DNA of 64,000 bases from Bugula neritina. Its lineage: Eukaryota > Animalia > Bryozoa. A program made the translations under genes and the position numbers. Below the pieces are notes generated by a model. That model was not told where the DNA came from and did not search any database. It saw only the letters and a list, made by a program, of their open reading frames with translations. Below are positions 1 through 12,619 of this stretch, one piece after another. The stretch is from contig OZ037772.1 in the NCBI GenBank assembly GCA_964035545.1, positions 620,001 through 684,000 on the forward strand, given 5' to 3'. Each line of letters opens with the position of its first letter. Position 1 is the first letter of the stretch.

Positions 1-1
1 T

Positions 2-2833
2 GACTCAATAAACACCGCAAAATCGCTGCCCGATTGGCACAGGGCACTAGGTCATATGAACACCAATGACATAATTGAGCTGGAGAAAGTGACAACAGGT
101 ATGACCATAACTGGAGCAAAATTAAAAATTGCATGCAAGACATGTGACGAAAGTAAAATCACCAAACAACCTCACAAACAAGACGATAAACCTGAACTAG
201 CTACACAGCCTCTACAACGTGTACACTCTGACTTATGCGGACCCATCACACCAACTGCTAGAGGAGGACAAAACTACATAATAAACTTCATAGATGAATT
301 TTCCAGTATGTTGTTCACCTACAATATACGCCACAAAAGTGATGCCACCACTGCACTTAAGCAATTCATTGCAGATGTGGCACCTATAGGAGATGTGAAG
401 GAGATCCATACTGACAACGGCATGGAGTACCTTGGACAGCCATTTGAAGCCGTGCTACGCGAGAGGGGAATCAAACACACCACTACAGCACCCTACTCAT
501 CCTACCAGAATGGTAAATCAGAGAGGACTTGGCGCACCATAATGGACACAGCACGATGCCTACTCAAAGATTCAAATCTCCCCAAGACTTTCTGGAGTTT
601 TGCCGCTGACCATGCCAAGTACCTAAGAAACCGAAGCTACCAGAGACGGACGGGAAAGACAGCCTATGAATTATTCACAGGCACGCTACCCGACATGAGG
701 AAAATCCACAATTTTGGATCCCAATGCACATTCTACTCAGAGGGAAATAAATTAAAACTCAGTGACCGCGGACAAAGCGGCATATATCTTGGTGTCAACA
801 CAAAGGCCCAAGGCTACCTTATACTTACCCCTAATCAGAAAATTGTTACATCCAGAAATGTCATACCACAAATATGCGGAAATGACGCAATGAACGTCAT
901 ACCACAAGGACCCGCACAAAACAGCAGAAATGGTACTCAGAATACCATGCCACAAGAACCTGCACAAATATGCGGAAATGATGCAATGAACGTCATACCA
1001 CAAGGACCCGCACAAAACAGCAGAAATGGTACTCAGAATACCATGCCACAAGAACCTGCACAAATATGCGGAAATGACGCAATGAAAGTCATGCCACAAG
1101 GACCCGCACTAAACAGCAGAAATGGTACTCAGAATACCATGCCACAAGAACCTGCACCAGATCCGGCAAAGGCCACCAACCAACCTGGACCACGTAAATC
1201 GGAACAGAAACGAAAGCCTCCTACATACCTACAGGACTATGACATAGAAGACACTGACTATGCTTGCTCACTGATGGCAAACATACCACAGTCCTACCAA
1301 GAAGCTGTAAATTCAAAAGATAAAGAAGCCTGGAAGAAAGCCATGGACAAGGAAATAAACACCCTACGTGATTCAAACACCTGGTCTATCCAGCCGCTAC
1401 CTGAAGACAGGACAGAGACCAAGGGCAGATGGGTTTATACCCTCAAACAGGGAAAAACGCCAGGTGAAACTCAACATAAAGCTAGATATGTAGCAAAAGG
1501 ATTTTCACAAATACAAGGAGTTGACTATGAAGAAACTTACAGTCCAACCACCAGATTCACATCCATCAGATTGCTGTTACAGAAAGCAGCAAATGAAAAC
1601 ATGAAAATACATCAACTAGATGTTAAAGGAGCGTACCTAAACGCACCAATCGATAAGGAAATTTATCTACAACAGCCTGAAGGGTACGAAGAAACCAACA
1701 AACAAGGGAAGCTTTCTTGTCGTCTCAACAAATCCATTTATGGCCTCAAGCAAAGCGGACGCAATTGGCACCAAACACTGACCACTTTCCTCAAGGAGCA
1801 AGGCTTCACACCTGGTGCTGGAGACCCTTGTCTATACTCAAAAGAGGACCCTTCAGATAAATCAGCCAACATCATCATTCTTTTCTGGGTTGATGACATC
1901 CTTCTCTGCTACCGAGACAACAACAGAATCACACAAACCAAATCTATGATGCAACAAAAATTCAACATGGATGATAGAGGAGAATTAAGCTGGTTCCTGG
2001 GGATAGACTTCAGGAGACATGAGGACCAGTACACTATGTCACAGGAGCGCTACATAGACACACTGTTGAACACCTACAATATGGCAGATTGCAACCCTGT
2101 ATATACTCTTGCTGAAAAGGACTTACAACTAGAAAAAGCAACAGACGACGAATACGAGCGTTCAAAGGACTACCCCTACAGACAAGTTATAGGTTCTCTC
2201 ATATACCTGATGACCGCCACACGTCCAGACCTAGCATGGATCATTGGGAAGCTCTCCCAACACCTAGAAAGACCTGGACCTGCACATATTGCTGCCTTGA
2301 AACGGCTGCTACGATACCTTAAAGGTACAAAAGGATTTAATCTGAGATTCACTCCCAATCAACAAGAACTAGTGGGCTATGTGGATGCAGATTGGGGTGG
2401 AGAAACCTCCACACGAAGATCAACAACAGGATATGTATTCACCCTGGGTGGAGCCCCTATAAGTTGGAACAGCCGACGACAACCCACAGTGGCCTTATCA
2501 TCATGCGAGGCCGAATACATAGCATTAGCCGAAGCCACAAAGGAGATGCTATTCCTACAGACTTTGTGCAAAACATTCAAGATGAAACAGCCTAACCCTA
2601 ACACACTTTTCACTGACAACCTTGGAGCCATTGCCCTCACCAAGGGACAACCATACTCACATCAGAGGAGCAAACACATTGACATTAGATTCCACTTTGT
2701 CAGAGAGCAAACCACCATAGCGTACCAACACATCAGAGGAGCAGAGAACCCTGCCGATGTCATGACTAAAAGCTTGCCTAAAACCAATCACAGAATTGCC
2801 CTGGAGCTACTAGCTATCGAATCACATGCTTGA
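2..2833 (+). CDS. pol: Copia pol polyprotein (integrase, reverse transcriptase, RNase H), 5'-partial
   Basis: Frame is open from nt 2. Motifs: WHRALGH..CKTC (HHCC), HSDLCGP/HTDNG/NGKSER (DDE integrase), QLDVKGAYL, YGLKQSGR, WVDD (RT), DADWGG/EAEY/TDN/NPADVMTK (RNase H). No internal stops. Confidence 0.95.
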   Translation, partial: DSINTAKSLPDWHRALGHMNTNDIIELEKVTTGMTITGAKLKIACKTCDESKITKQPHKQDDKPELATQPLQRVHSDLCGPITPTARGGQNYIINFIDEFSSMLFTYNIRHKSDATTALKQFIADVAPIGDVKEIHTDNGMEYLGQPFEAVLRERGIKHTTTAPYSSYQNGKSERTWRTIMDTARCLLKDSNLPKTFWSFAADHAKYLRNRSYQRRTGKTAYELFTGTLPDMRKIHNFGSQCTFYSEGNKLKLSDRGQSGIYLGVNTKAQGYLILTPNQKIVTSRNVIPQICGNDAMNVIPQGPAQNSRNGTQNTMPQEPAQICGNDAMNVIPQGPAQNSRNGTQNTMPQEPAQICGNDAMKVMPQGPALNSRNGTQNTMPQEPAPDPAKATNQPGPRKSEQKRKPPTYLQDYDIEDTDYACSLMANIPQSYQEAVNSKDKEAWKKAMDKEINTLRDSNTWSIQPLPEDRTETKGRWVYTLKQGKTPGETQHKARYVAKGFSQIQGVDYEETYSPTTRFTSIRLLLQKAANENMKIHQLDVKGAYLNAPIDKEIYLQQPEGYEETNKQGKLSCRLNKSIYGLKQSGRNWHQTLTTFLKEQGFTPGAGDPCLYSKEDPSDKSANIIILFWVDDILLCYRDNNRITQTKSMMQQKFNMDDRGELSWFLGIDFRRHEDQYTMSQERYIDTLLNTYNMADCNPVYTLAEKDLQLEKATDDEYERSKDYPYRQVIGSLIYLMTATRPDLAWIIGKLSQHLERPGPAHIAALKRLLRYLKGTKGFNLRFTPNQQELVGYVDADWGGETSTRRSTTGYVFTLGGAPISWNSRRQPTVALSSCEAEYIALAEATKEMLFLQTLCKTFKMKQPNPNTLFTDNLGAIALTKGQPYSHQRSKHIDIRFHFVREQTTIAYQHIRGAENPADVMTKSLPKTNHRIALELLAIESHA
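866..1156 (+). repeat. In-frame 96-bp x3 tandem repeat in the copia IN-RT linker
   Basis: AATATGCGG recurs at 871, 967 and 1063; the unit encodes QICGNDAMNVIPQGPAQNSRNGTQNTMPQEPA. Confidence 0.95.
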
Positions 2834-2840
2834 GGGGGCG

Positions 2841-3112
2841 TGTTGAGAAACAATCATGCGATCCTATTGCTAATCACATTCATGACAATCACGTGACAAT
2901 ATGCTAACTAATTGTTTTACTAGAATCGCTGTATACTTGTTTACTCTCTCTTTCGTTTTATATTATACAAAACCATCACGCTGTTTTTCATTCTAATAAA
3001 TATTTTATTATCAAATAATTAAATCAGTCAGTCAGTTTGCTCGATAATTTAAATCAGCAATCAATAACGTATTTCATAATAAATACTATACACAATGGCC
3101 ACACATTCAACA
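2841..3112 (+). repeat. Copia 3' LTR
   Basis: Starts TGTTGA right after the PPT, ends TCAACA, contains AATAAA. No partner LTR in the window to confirm the end. Confidence 0.8.
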
Positions 3113-3480
3113 TATTTCACCTTATTTTTGCACCATATTCTACATTATTCTACCTTATTCTTACACCATTTTCTACCTTATCCTTACACCATGCATATTC
3201 TACATTATTCTTACACCATATTTTACCTTATTCTTACACCATATTCTACATTATTCTTACACCATATTTTACCTTATTCTTACACCATATTCTACTTTAT
3301 TCTTACACCATATTCTACCTTATCCTTACACCATATTCTACCTTATCCTTACACCATATTCTACATTATTCTTACACCATATTCTACATTATTCTTACAC
3401 CATATTCTACATTATCCTTACACCACATTCTACATTATTCTTACACCATATTCTACATTATTCTTACACCATATTTTATT
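3113..3480. repeat. 23-bp minisatellite (TATTCTACATTATTCTTACACCA)
   Basis: About 15 tandem copies abutting the LTR end. Confidence 0.9.
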
Positions 3481-3705
3481 TAAGTGTTGGATGCTTGGGG
3501 AAATCCACCGACTGGATTTTATGGGTTTTTAGTGTATAAGTGCTTTCTGACTCTCATCAGTTTGTATAATACAAGAACCCAGGAGAATCACTGAATTGGT
3601 ATAACATAGAGATATGTTCATCAGAAATGTACATGATGTAGCAGTGCAGCCCAATGAAATCATTCTGGAAAGTTAAATGATGTTCTTTTAGACATTGCTC
3701 TGTAG

Positions 3706-4162
3706 AACTCAGAGTGAGCATGTGACATCCAGGTTCCGAGTGTATTACTATCAGTGGTGGAGAGGAAGAAGGTTGTTGGTGTACAGGGGGTACTCACTAC
3801 TACAACCGAGCTTGTGTACCTGACATGACTAGTAAGTGTGTATCTACAGACAAGCAGACTGACTGACTGACTGACTGACTGACTGACTGGACAGACTGAC
3901 AGGTAAACAGATAGGTAAATATCGATCACATATATAGTGAAGCTACCAACTGAGACCTAGACTGTGTTTTGATTTAGCATATACTGGTATATGATATCTT
4001 TCTAAAATGTGTTTACAGTTTACTGTACAAAGTATAGTTCCATCAGATGGACTCACTCTACTCATGTGTAAGACTCATCAAGAATGCCTACCCAATCAGA
4101 TCTGTGTTAACGAGGTGTGCACACTGACGTGTAAAAGTGACCCTGAGTGTGCATCCAACCAG
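3706..4162 (+). pseudogene. Cysteine-rich module exons upstream of collagen copy A
   Basis: Exon about 3706-3831 reads CDI/GSECITISGGEEEGCWCTGGTHYYNRACVP (frameshift/stop at its 5' end, GTAAGT donor). Exon about 4019-4162 reads CKTHQECLPNQICVNEVCTLTCKSDPECASNQ with a GTTAG donor. Confidence 0.6.
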
Positions 4163-5306
4163 GTTAGATACTGCCTACATGTCTCTATCCTAGCAGCTAA
4201 TTGCACGACCATATATGGAAGTATGCAATTGTATGCCCAGTATTTATCTCTGTGGCCATATATGGTAACGAATGTCTTTGTGCATGTCCATATTTGGCAA
4301 TATGTATCTGCGTGACCATATATGGTATGAAAATATTTTATGATGAACTGTTTCTATGATGCATGTAGCTGTATGCGTTTATATGACCATATTATATAAC
4401 AGCAATATGGATGACAGTTGATGAATGTATGCATTTCTATGACCTTATAGCTGTATATTTCTTCATGACTGTATTTAGTAGTAAACTATCTCTTTGTTCA
4501 TGATATAATATCTATTAGGCAGATTTTCTATTACACATCAGGTCTACTCTGACAGTAGCCTGTATACATATAGATATCATTTACTGACTGGATGTTTTTC
4601 CTAACATTTCCCATAGCTTTTTTCGTGGCTCGAACCTATTATTTCGTGTTTACTAGGCAAACCCTCGAACCCCTAGACCATGTCTGCTGTATATTATATA
4701 TTTATATGGGTGTCAGTGTGAAGTTCCGGTTTGTAGGAGAACCTGGTTTAATTGGACCACAGGGACTCAGTGGATGAGATGGAGAAGATGGAGCTCCTGG
4801 TTTACAGGTATTTCAAAAACTATTCTGAAACTCATACTTTTATTGTTCATTGTCTATGTATTCTCCACCATATTTTTACTAGAAGTAAACTTTAATTCAG
4901 TAATAAGTTAAAATAAATTGTTGTTTTGCATTGTACAGTTTATTATTGCCTGAATCTTGTAATAAGAATATTGATTAGTTTTACAATATCAGAGTAGGGA
5001 TGTTATTGGCTACTCTGTTCTGTTCTGCAGGGCTTCAGAGGAGACGAGGGGAAACGGGATTGCCCTGGAAAACCCGGACCTCAATGTCCAATGGAAGAGA
5101 GCCGGTCGACTGGGCTCAAGAGATTCCTCGGACCAGTCGGTGCTCTTGGTTATCCTGACCTGCAAGGACCGAGGTCGGTGAATAGTATCTTTGTGTGGCT
5201 CACTGCTTGTGTGGGAGTTGTCTCCTCTGAAATATTTGGAAGTGTAGCTTGAGTTCCTTGCCCTGTATTCTCAGTTAGCCACGCCTAGGTGTTTCACAGT
5301 TTATTA

Positions 5307-5463
5307 CAGGGTTGGGGTAATTGTAATTTGTAATTGTAATTGGTTGTATTTAATTACATTTTTTCAAGTAATTGAATGTAATTTGTGATTGATGTATGAA
5401 AATGTAATTGTAATTGTAATTAATTACTTATCTAATGTAATTGATTTTAACAATTACTTTACA
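5307..5463 (+). mobile_element. Left-end fragment of the (GTAATT)n-rich hAT-type MITE
   Basis: CAGGGTTGGGGTAATTG terminus; same family as 32901-34029. Confidence 0.7.
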
Positions 5464-5482
5464 ATATATATATATATATATA

Positions 5483-5603
5483 TATGCTATATGCTGGGAT
5501 TCCCCTCACAGATATGCTATATGCTGGAATTCCCCTCACAGCTATTCTATATGCTGGGGTTTCCCTCACAGATATCCTATATTCTGGGTTTCCCTCACAG
5601 CTA
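5483..5603. repeat. 30-bp tandem repeat x4
   Basis: Unit TATGCTATATGCTGGGATTCCCCTCACAGA; single copy in the paralog at about 52852. Confidence 0.8.
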
Positions 5604-8600
5604 GTCTGCACTGAGACAGGGTGTAGGCTAAGTAATCAAATTGAATCCCAGGAGTGATTGTTACTTCAACTGACAGGATTACTATATGTATGATAGTTAC
5701 TCTGACTGGTTTCCATGGATCATTTTTACCATACTGTTTACCACATGATGCATTGTCTGAGTAAAAACAAGGAAACAAAGAAATATACCAGAAATGTTGA
5801 GAAATTTTGTGTTCCAGAATTAATAAATGACCACTTGTAGTGCATACTGGTGCTGCTTGGCTCATAGGACAAGCCGGACAAGCTGGAGAACCTGGTCTGC
5901 ATGGCAGAAATGGAAAGACAGGAGAAACTGGACAAACTGGTATGCCTGGTCCAACTGGCTCAAGGGGATTCACAGGAGAACCCGGATCTGATGGAAGGTA
6001 ATATTTGTGTTTCACTTTGCCCTATTCAGCTTCTTGGAACTTTTTATCTCTTTTGTTTTTATAATTTGTTGTCAATTTTCTCAGAGACGGTTTACCTGGA
6101 GTACCGGGTGCTGATGGTAGACCTGGGGAGCAGGGCGATCAAGGACCTCCTGGCCCCATGGGTTCAGTCGGAATCCCCGGTAACCAGGGACCTGAAGGTG
6201 CTCAAGGAGACAAGGGTGATAAGGCAGGAACATTCTTTATTCAGTTTTCTATTTATTTCAGTTCTCTGGTTTTCCACTAGTCAATCTTTTAGTTGTTTAT
6301 TTGTTTTAGTTTATTTATGTTGATACTAGAGTTGCTTCAATGACATCACATCATGTAATATATTACATAACAGTGCAGTATAATACACCATAATATAATA
6401 TGTTATACAATACAATATTGTTACAGAAAATATAATTCACTAATATCTCACAGCTAAGTTGTGTCTCCTAAATATATTCATTACTATAGGGGCCAGCTGG
6501 GCCACAGGGTGCTTCTGGACCAACTGGATTGTCCGGGCCAACTGGTCCTCGGGGACCCCACGGAGCTTCTGGGAATTCCCGGCGAACAAGGACCTAAAGG
6601 TATGAATGAAGTTGAACCAATCTTTGTTCTTAGTTATTAGCCATCAACAGAATCTTGACTCTAAGAGTTATCCTTCTTGGTAAGAAGGTAAGGCAACTCC
6701 TAACTCATGATAATATGAATATCATCTGTAAGACCCACTGGTTTCCAGGGACCGCAGGGATTCCCCGGAGCTCCCGGTATTGATGGTGAAAGGGGAGATG
6801 TTGGACCAGTGGGTATTGCTGGACCACCTGGGCTACGGGGTGCAGACGGCAAACAAGGAATAACTGGTTCTCCTGGTGCTATGGGTGCTATGGGACCACC
6901 TGTACCTGATGGTGCTAAGGTAAACACTTACACTGCTAACAGGTTATTGTTACTCATCTTGTTAGTTTAGTGGTAATAAACCAATAGTCTGTATTTCTAG
7001 GGTGAACAAGGGAGAGATGGGGAAATGGGTAGTCCTGGCAGACCTGGACCTCCTGGACTTCCTGGTGAAGCCCCAGTATTTGGTTAGTTATTAGCAAAAC
7101 CAAGTTATTGTTCATTACTTGTATCTTTTTCATTCTCTTTCAACTGTGTATTGGTAATATTTTGGGAATTTCATCCATAGCCTGTGATTGAAGCTTTTAT
7201 TTTATTCTACCATGGGTTATGTTAGGTGCTCCCCTATGATGATGAGTGCAATGATGTCCAACGGTAAAGGTGTACAAGCTGATGATGCAGGCGCCAACAA
7301 TGAGCTTTATAATATGTACCTCAGTGAGTAATGGCCATGATGTGCTTTGATGTTGCCCGATTTGTAGCGGAAAAGATGTTTTAAATGCTGTTTCGGAACT
7401 CAAACGAAAGACTCGTTTCAAATTGTGTGTATGTTTTTGCAAATGAACAATTTTATAATTAACTGTTGGAAACTATTGTAATAAAAATATAGACAGCTGT
7501 TATAATGTATTTCTCCTCCTAGCATTGATGATTGACATTCTTGTTTGATGAGTCACCTATTTAGTTCGCTTCTTCAGTCAAATGTTGCTACATTCTGACA
7601 TATTATATAACGTTGGTTTTATTGCTGTTAGCTTACATCGCTACTTCTACCTTATTTCTCTAGAAACAAAAGTAAGGAACAGGTCCAAAGACAGCCCTGT
7701 TAGGGACTGTAGAGAACTCTTCACTGAAAACCCAGAGTTCAAGAGTGGAACTTATTGGGTGAGAGAAGATACTGATATGTTTCTTTTTTTCTCTGCTCAG
7801 AAGAAATCCGTATCCAAGTCTTACGACTGAAATTCTGTGAACATGTTTTATATTCTGCAATTACTATTCCTGAGATGTCAATATAATGTCATGCGAAGTT
7901 TCCACAGATATTTAATGATTTGTTGTTTAGGAAGAAGAGTTTTCCCATAAGTTGCCTGTATTACATAATTCTGTAGATTCAACAGCTGAACATGTTTTAG
8001 TAGTTTTATTTGATATTAGCATTATGTTAGTGTGAGATAGAGAAGTCGTATTCTCTATTGTTTGTTGTCAGGTGGATCCAGATGGTGGCTCCATAGCTAA
8101 TGCTATCCAGGCTTACTGTCGCAAGGAAATGAAGAGCACTTGCATCAATGCCAAGACCTCCGAGTTTGCCACCAAATCATACGTCACCCAGCAGCTAGAT
8201 AATCAGCCATTTGTTGCTAAACACATGGGAACAACAATTGTGAGTGTTTATCTTGCATCAACGATGACTTTCTCAGTAATACTTGAGAATATTTAAAAGT
8301 TTTATGTTGAGAATTGTCGCTATAGTAACATGTTGGTTTATTGTATGGATTGTAGTTTGAGTATCAGGCAGAGTCTTCCCAACTCAACTTCTTTCGAATT
8401 CATTCTGAGAGAGCAAAGCAAACCCTGACTGACAGGTAATAGTCACTGCTAACAGCTTATCAAATAGTCACTAGTCGTTAGTCACCAGATATTAGTCCTC
8501 TACTATGTTGCTAGTCACTTGATAATCTGAACAATCACTGGCTTCTTCTTAAGCTGAGCAAGTTGTTGGTATGACTATTCCTTTTACTGATTGTAGATGT

Positions 8601-8734
8601 ATAAACTCAGTAGCAGTAGAAGACGCATGTGGTAGGAAGAATAAGTCAGACATTTTATATACAGCTGGTGATAAAGAATACACAGCAACAGATAGCAGGT
8701 TTCAATATTCCGTGCTGCAGGATGATTGCAAGGT

Positions 8735-8910
8735 ATGTAAATCTAACCTGTATAATGTTAATCTGACCTGTATAGTGTAAATAAGACCTATATACTGTAA
8801 ATCTGACGTATATAATGTAAATCTGACCTATATAGTGTAAATTTGACTTATATAGTGTAAATCTGACCTATATAGTGTAAATCTAATCTATATAGTGTAA
8901 ATTCTACCTA
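8735..8910. repeat. 20-bp tandem repeat (GTAAATCTGACCTATATAGT)
   Basis: About 8 degenerate copies in a collagen intron; fewer copies at about 56210. Confidence 0.75.
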
Positions 8911-9898
8911 CATATGAACATGATTGCGATAGTTGCATCTTTTTTTCTATTAAGATACAATATAGCTTGCCTTTGAGGCTTTTTAACAACTACTAATGAG
9001 TTCAACCTAAAAGCACTTTGATTTCTGTGCAAGTTTAGAGTTTTGAGTTTGCTCTCTGCCATTTTGTAGTATTCCAAATACTATCAGAAGCTCAGACGGT
9101 GATTGAGATTGACACCAAGACCACCACTCACTTGTCTATTATTGACATAGCTCCTGGTGACATCAGGACCACCCACAAAGAGTTTGAGGTTCAGCTTGGA
9201 GAAGTCTGCTTTTCATAGACTCATATCTAACAACAGTTTTATTTGGCTGATTTGTAAGACTGTCCCTGATTAGATAATTAGTGGCCTATCAGAGAATGCA
9301 ATCAATGTTTGGTTGGCTGAGACCAGCAGTCTGATTTTTATATATAACCTAATTGTAAATGAAAGATTTGATTACTCTAAATAAATTTATCCGAGACTTC
9401 CAAGGCAGTGATGGTGATTTTTGTACATATAAATTTGAAGAAGTCTAGCTATAGGGTTTATACTGTTTTTTAATTATTACACCATAACCTGAGATTGTGA
9501 GTAGTGATTCTAGAATGAGATAGGGAGGGTGTTATGCCCCTCCCTGTGATTTATATATTTAGAAACTGTTGTTGATTTAGTAATTCTGTTGGTGCTACAT
9601 TTTTGAATTTATTTAATCCAATCATTTCTCTAATATTCAAAATATATTTTACCATACAGCACTACACAACTTATTTCTCAGCTTGTAGATTTCATCATCA
9701 AAATTATTGCAGTTTTCAGATCTGATTATTTAACCTATTCATCCTGAAATTCGACATTGTTAGTTTAAAATGGAATTTAACATATATTTTAGTTACTTAG
9801 TTCCAACTGTGTTGACCATATCAACATTTTAAATTTTACTTTGGCTGCTATGAAGTATATAAGCAAATGGCATTAAGTTATTAATATATAATAAGGTT

Positions 9899-10230
9899 TG
9901 CAAAGACTTAATATACCAAGCAACTGTGACAAGACATGACAATAACTCCAGCCAATCATACATAGGACTTTGTTCAACTACCTTCAAAACCAGACTCAAC
10001 AACCATAAAGCCTCTTTCCTACATGCAGATAAAGCCAACAGCACACAACTCAGCAGACACATCCGGGATTTAGAACAAAAATAACACGAAATTCAGCCTT
10101 ATAAAATGGATAATTTTAAAATTTTGTAAATCTTACTAAAACCTAATCAACAGATGTAACTTATGTAGCTATGAGAAATAATTAATTTTTAAACAACCGG
10201 AGTTATCCACTCTCAACAAACGCAAAGAGT
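9899..10230 (+). mobile_element. Penelope-like retroelement GIY-YIG endonuclease 3' fragment (degraded)
   Basis: Translates as LIYQATVTRHDNNSSQSYIGLCSTTFKTRLNNHKASF..NSTQLSRHI..RCNLCSYEK..STLNKR, with stops and frameshifts. Confidence 0.75.
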
Positions 10231-10431
10231 GAAGTGTGAAAATTCCATGCTAGTGACCTGCCACACACAGTACGTGTGTTGCGAGTGCAAATTATTATTA
10301 GCAAATGATGTTAGCGTTAAACTTTACTGCTTGCCTACAGATGTTTGTTTTTAAACAGCGTCACCGGGCAAAGTAATTTGGATATTATAAAAGCGGAAAT
10401 GTAAAATATATAAAACTGTTTTAATTCAGCT

Positions 10432-12515
10432 CAGTATATTACGTTATACAGTATATTATGTTATACAGTATATTATGTTATACAGTATATTATGTTATAC
10501 AGTATATTATGTTATACAGTATACTATGTTATACAGTATATTATGTTATACAGTATATTATGTTATACAGTATACTATGTTATACAGTATACTATGTTAT
10601 ACAGTATATTATGTTATACAGTATATTATGTTATACAGTATATTATGTTATACAGTATATTATGTTATACAGTATATTATGTTATACAGTATACTATGTT
10701 ATACAGTATATTATGTTATACAGTATATTATGTTATACAGTATGTTATGTTATACAGTATACTATGTTATACAGTATATTATGTTATACAGTATACTATG
10801 TTATACAGTATATTATGTTATATAGTATACTATGTTATACAGTATATTATGTTATACAGTATATTATGTTATACAGTATATTATGTTATACAGTATATTA
10901 TGTTATATAGTATACTATGTTATACAGTATATTATGTTATACATTATATTATGTTATACAGTATATTATGTTATACATTATATTATGTTATACAGTATAT
11001 TATGTTATACAGTATATTATGTTATACAATATATTATGTTATACAGTATATTATGTTATACAGTATACTATGTTATGCAGTATATTATGTTATACAGTAT
11101 ATTATGTTATACAGTATATTATGTTATACAGTATATTATGTTATACAGTATATTATGTTATACAGTATATTATGTTATATAGTATACTATGTTATACAGT
11201 ATATTATGTTATACATTATATTATGTTATACAGTATATTATGTTATACATTATATTATGTTATACAGTATATTATGTTATACAATATATTATGTTATACA
11301 GTATACTATGTTATGCAGTATATTATGTTATACAGTATATTATGTTATACAGTATATTATGTTATACAGTATATTATGTTATACAGTATATTATGTTATA
11401 CAGTATACTATGTTATACAGTATACTATGTTATACAGTATATTATGTTATACAGTATTTTATGTTATACAGTATACTATGTTATGCAGTATATTATGTTA
11501 TACAGTATATTATGTTATACAGTATATTATGTTATACAGTATATTATGTTATACAGTATATTATGTTATACAGTATATTATGTTATACAGTATATTATGT
11601 TATACAGTATATTATGTTATACAGTATATTATGTTATACAGTATACTATGTCATACAGTATACTATGTTATACAGTATATTATGTTATACAGTATATTAT
11701 GTTATACAGTATACTATGTTATGCAGTATAATATGTTATACAGTATACTATGTCATACAGTATACTATGTTATACAGTATATTATGTTATACAGTATATT
11801 ATGTTATACAGTATACTATGTTATGCAGTATATTATGTTATACAGTATACTATGTTATACAGTATAATATGTTACACAGTATACTATGTTACACAGTATA
11901 TTATGTTATACAGTATATTATGTTATACAGTATACTAAGTTATACAGCATATTATGTTATACAGTATATTATGTTATACAGTATATTATGTTATACAGTA
12001 TACTATGTTATGCAGTATATTATGTTATACAGTATATTATGTTATACAGTAAACTATGTTATACAGTATACTATGTTATACAGTATACTATGTTATACAG
12101 TATACTATGTTATACAGTATATTATGTTATACAGTATATTATGTTATACAGTATACTATGTTATACAGTATATTATGTTATACAGTATATTATGTTATAC
12201 AGTATATATACTATGTTATACAGTATATTATGTTATACAGTATATTATGTTATAAAGTATATTATGTTATACAGTATACTATGTTATACAGTATATTATG
12301 TTATACAGTATATTATGTTATACAGTATATATACTATGTTATACAGTATATTATGTTATACAGTATTTTATGTTATACAGTATACTATGTTATACATCAG
12401 TATATTATGTTATACAGTATTTTATGTTATACAGTATACTATGTTATACAGTATACTATGTTATACAGTATACTATGTTATACAGTATATTATGTTATAC
12501 AGTATATTATGTTAT
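10432..12515. repeat. 17-bp satellite (CAGTATATTATGTTATA), about 120 copies
   Basis: Direct inspection; explains all YVIQY/MLYSIL ORFs. Confidence 0.98.
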
Positions 12516-12619
12516 ATTAATCAACATACAAATGAGATGCTCTTGTCAGTCTATCATTATACACTGGAACTGGGTTACTCTCTCACCTCCCCTCACCTTA
12601 GCTCAGCTAGACCAGATCT

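Larger units (their letters stand above)
1..3112 (+). mobile_element. Ty1/copia LTR retrotransposon, 3' portion (5' end outside the window)
   Basis: Domain order IN-RT-RNaseH. Polypurine tract GAGGGGGCG at 2832-2840 directly precedes a 272-bp LTR (2841-3112) with TGTTGA...TCAACA termini. Confidence 0.95.
4737..9218 (+). pseudogene. Fibrillar collagen alpha-chain pseudogene, copy A (Gly-X-Y exons + COLFI C-propeptide)
   Basis: Gly-X-Y exons at about 4737-4807, 5031-5173, 5868-5997, 6085-6222, 6490-6599, 6730-6919, 7001-7082. Telopeptide QADDA at about 7275. COLFI exons DSPVRDC..SGTYW/VDPDGG..AYC, QLNFFRIHS, LQDDCK, IIDIAPGDI..EVQLGEVCFS*. Lesions: TGA at 4775-4777, frameshifts near 6570 and 9080, GC in place of the GT donor at about 6223. 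Confidence 0.9.

Noticed and set aside
3037-3532. 148-aa and 145-aa ORFs
   Set aside because: Span the LTR end and the 23-bp minisatellite.
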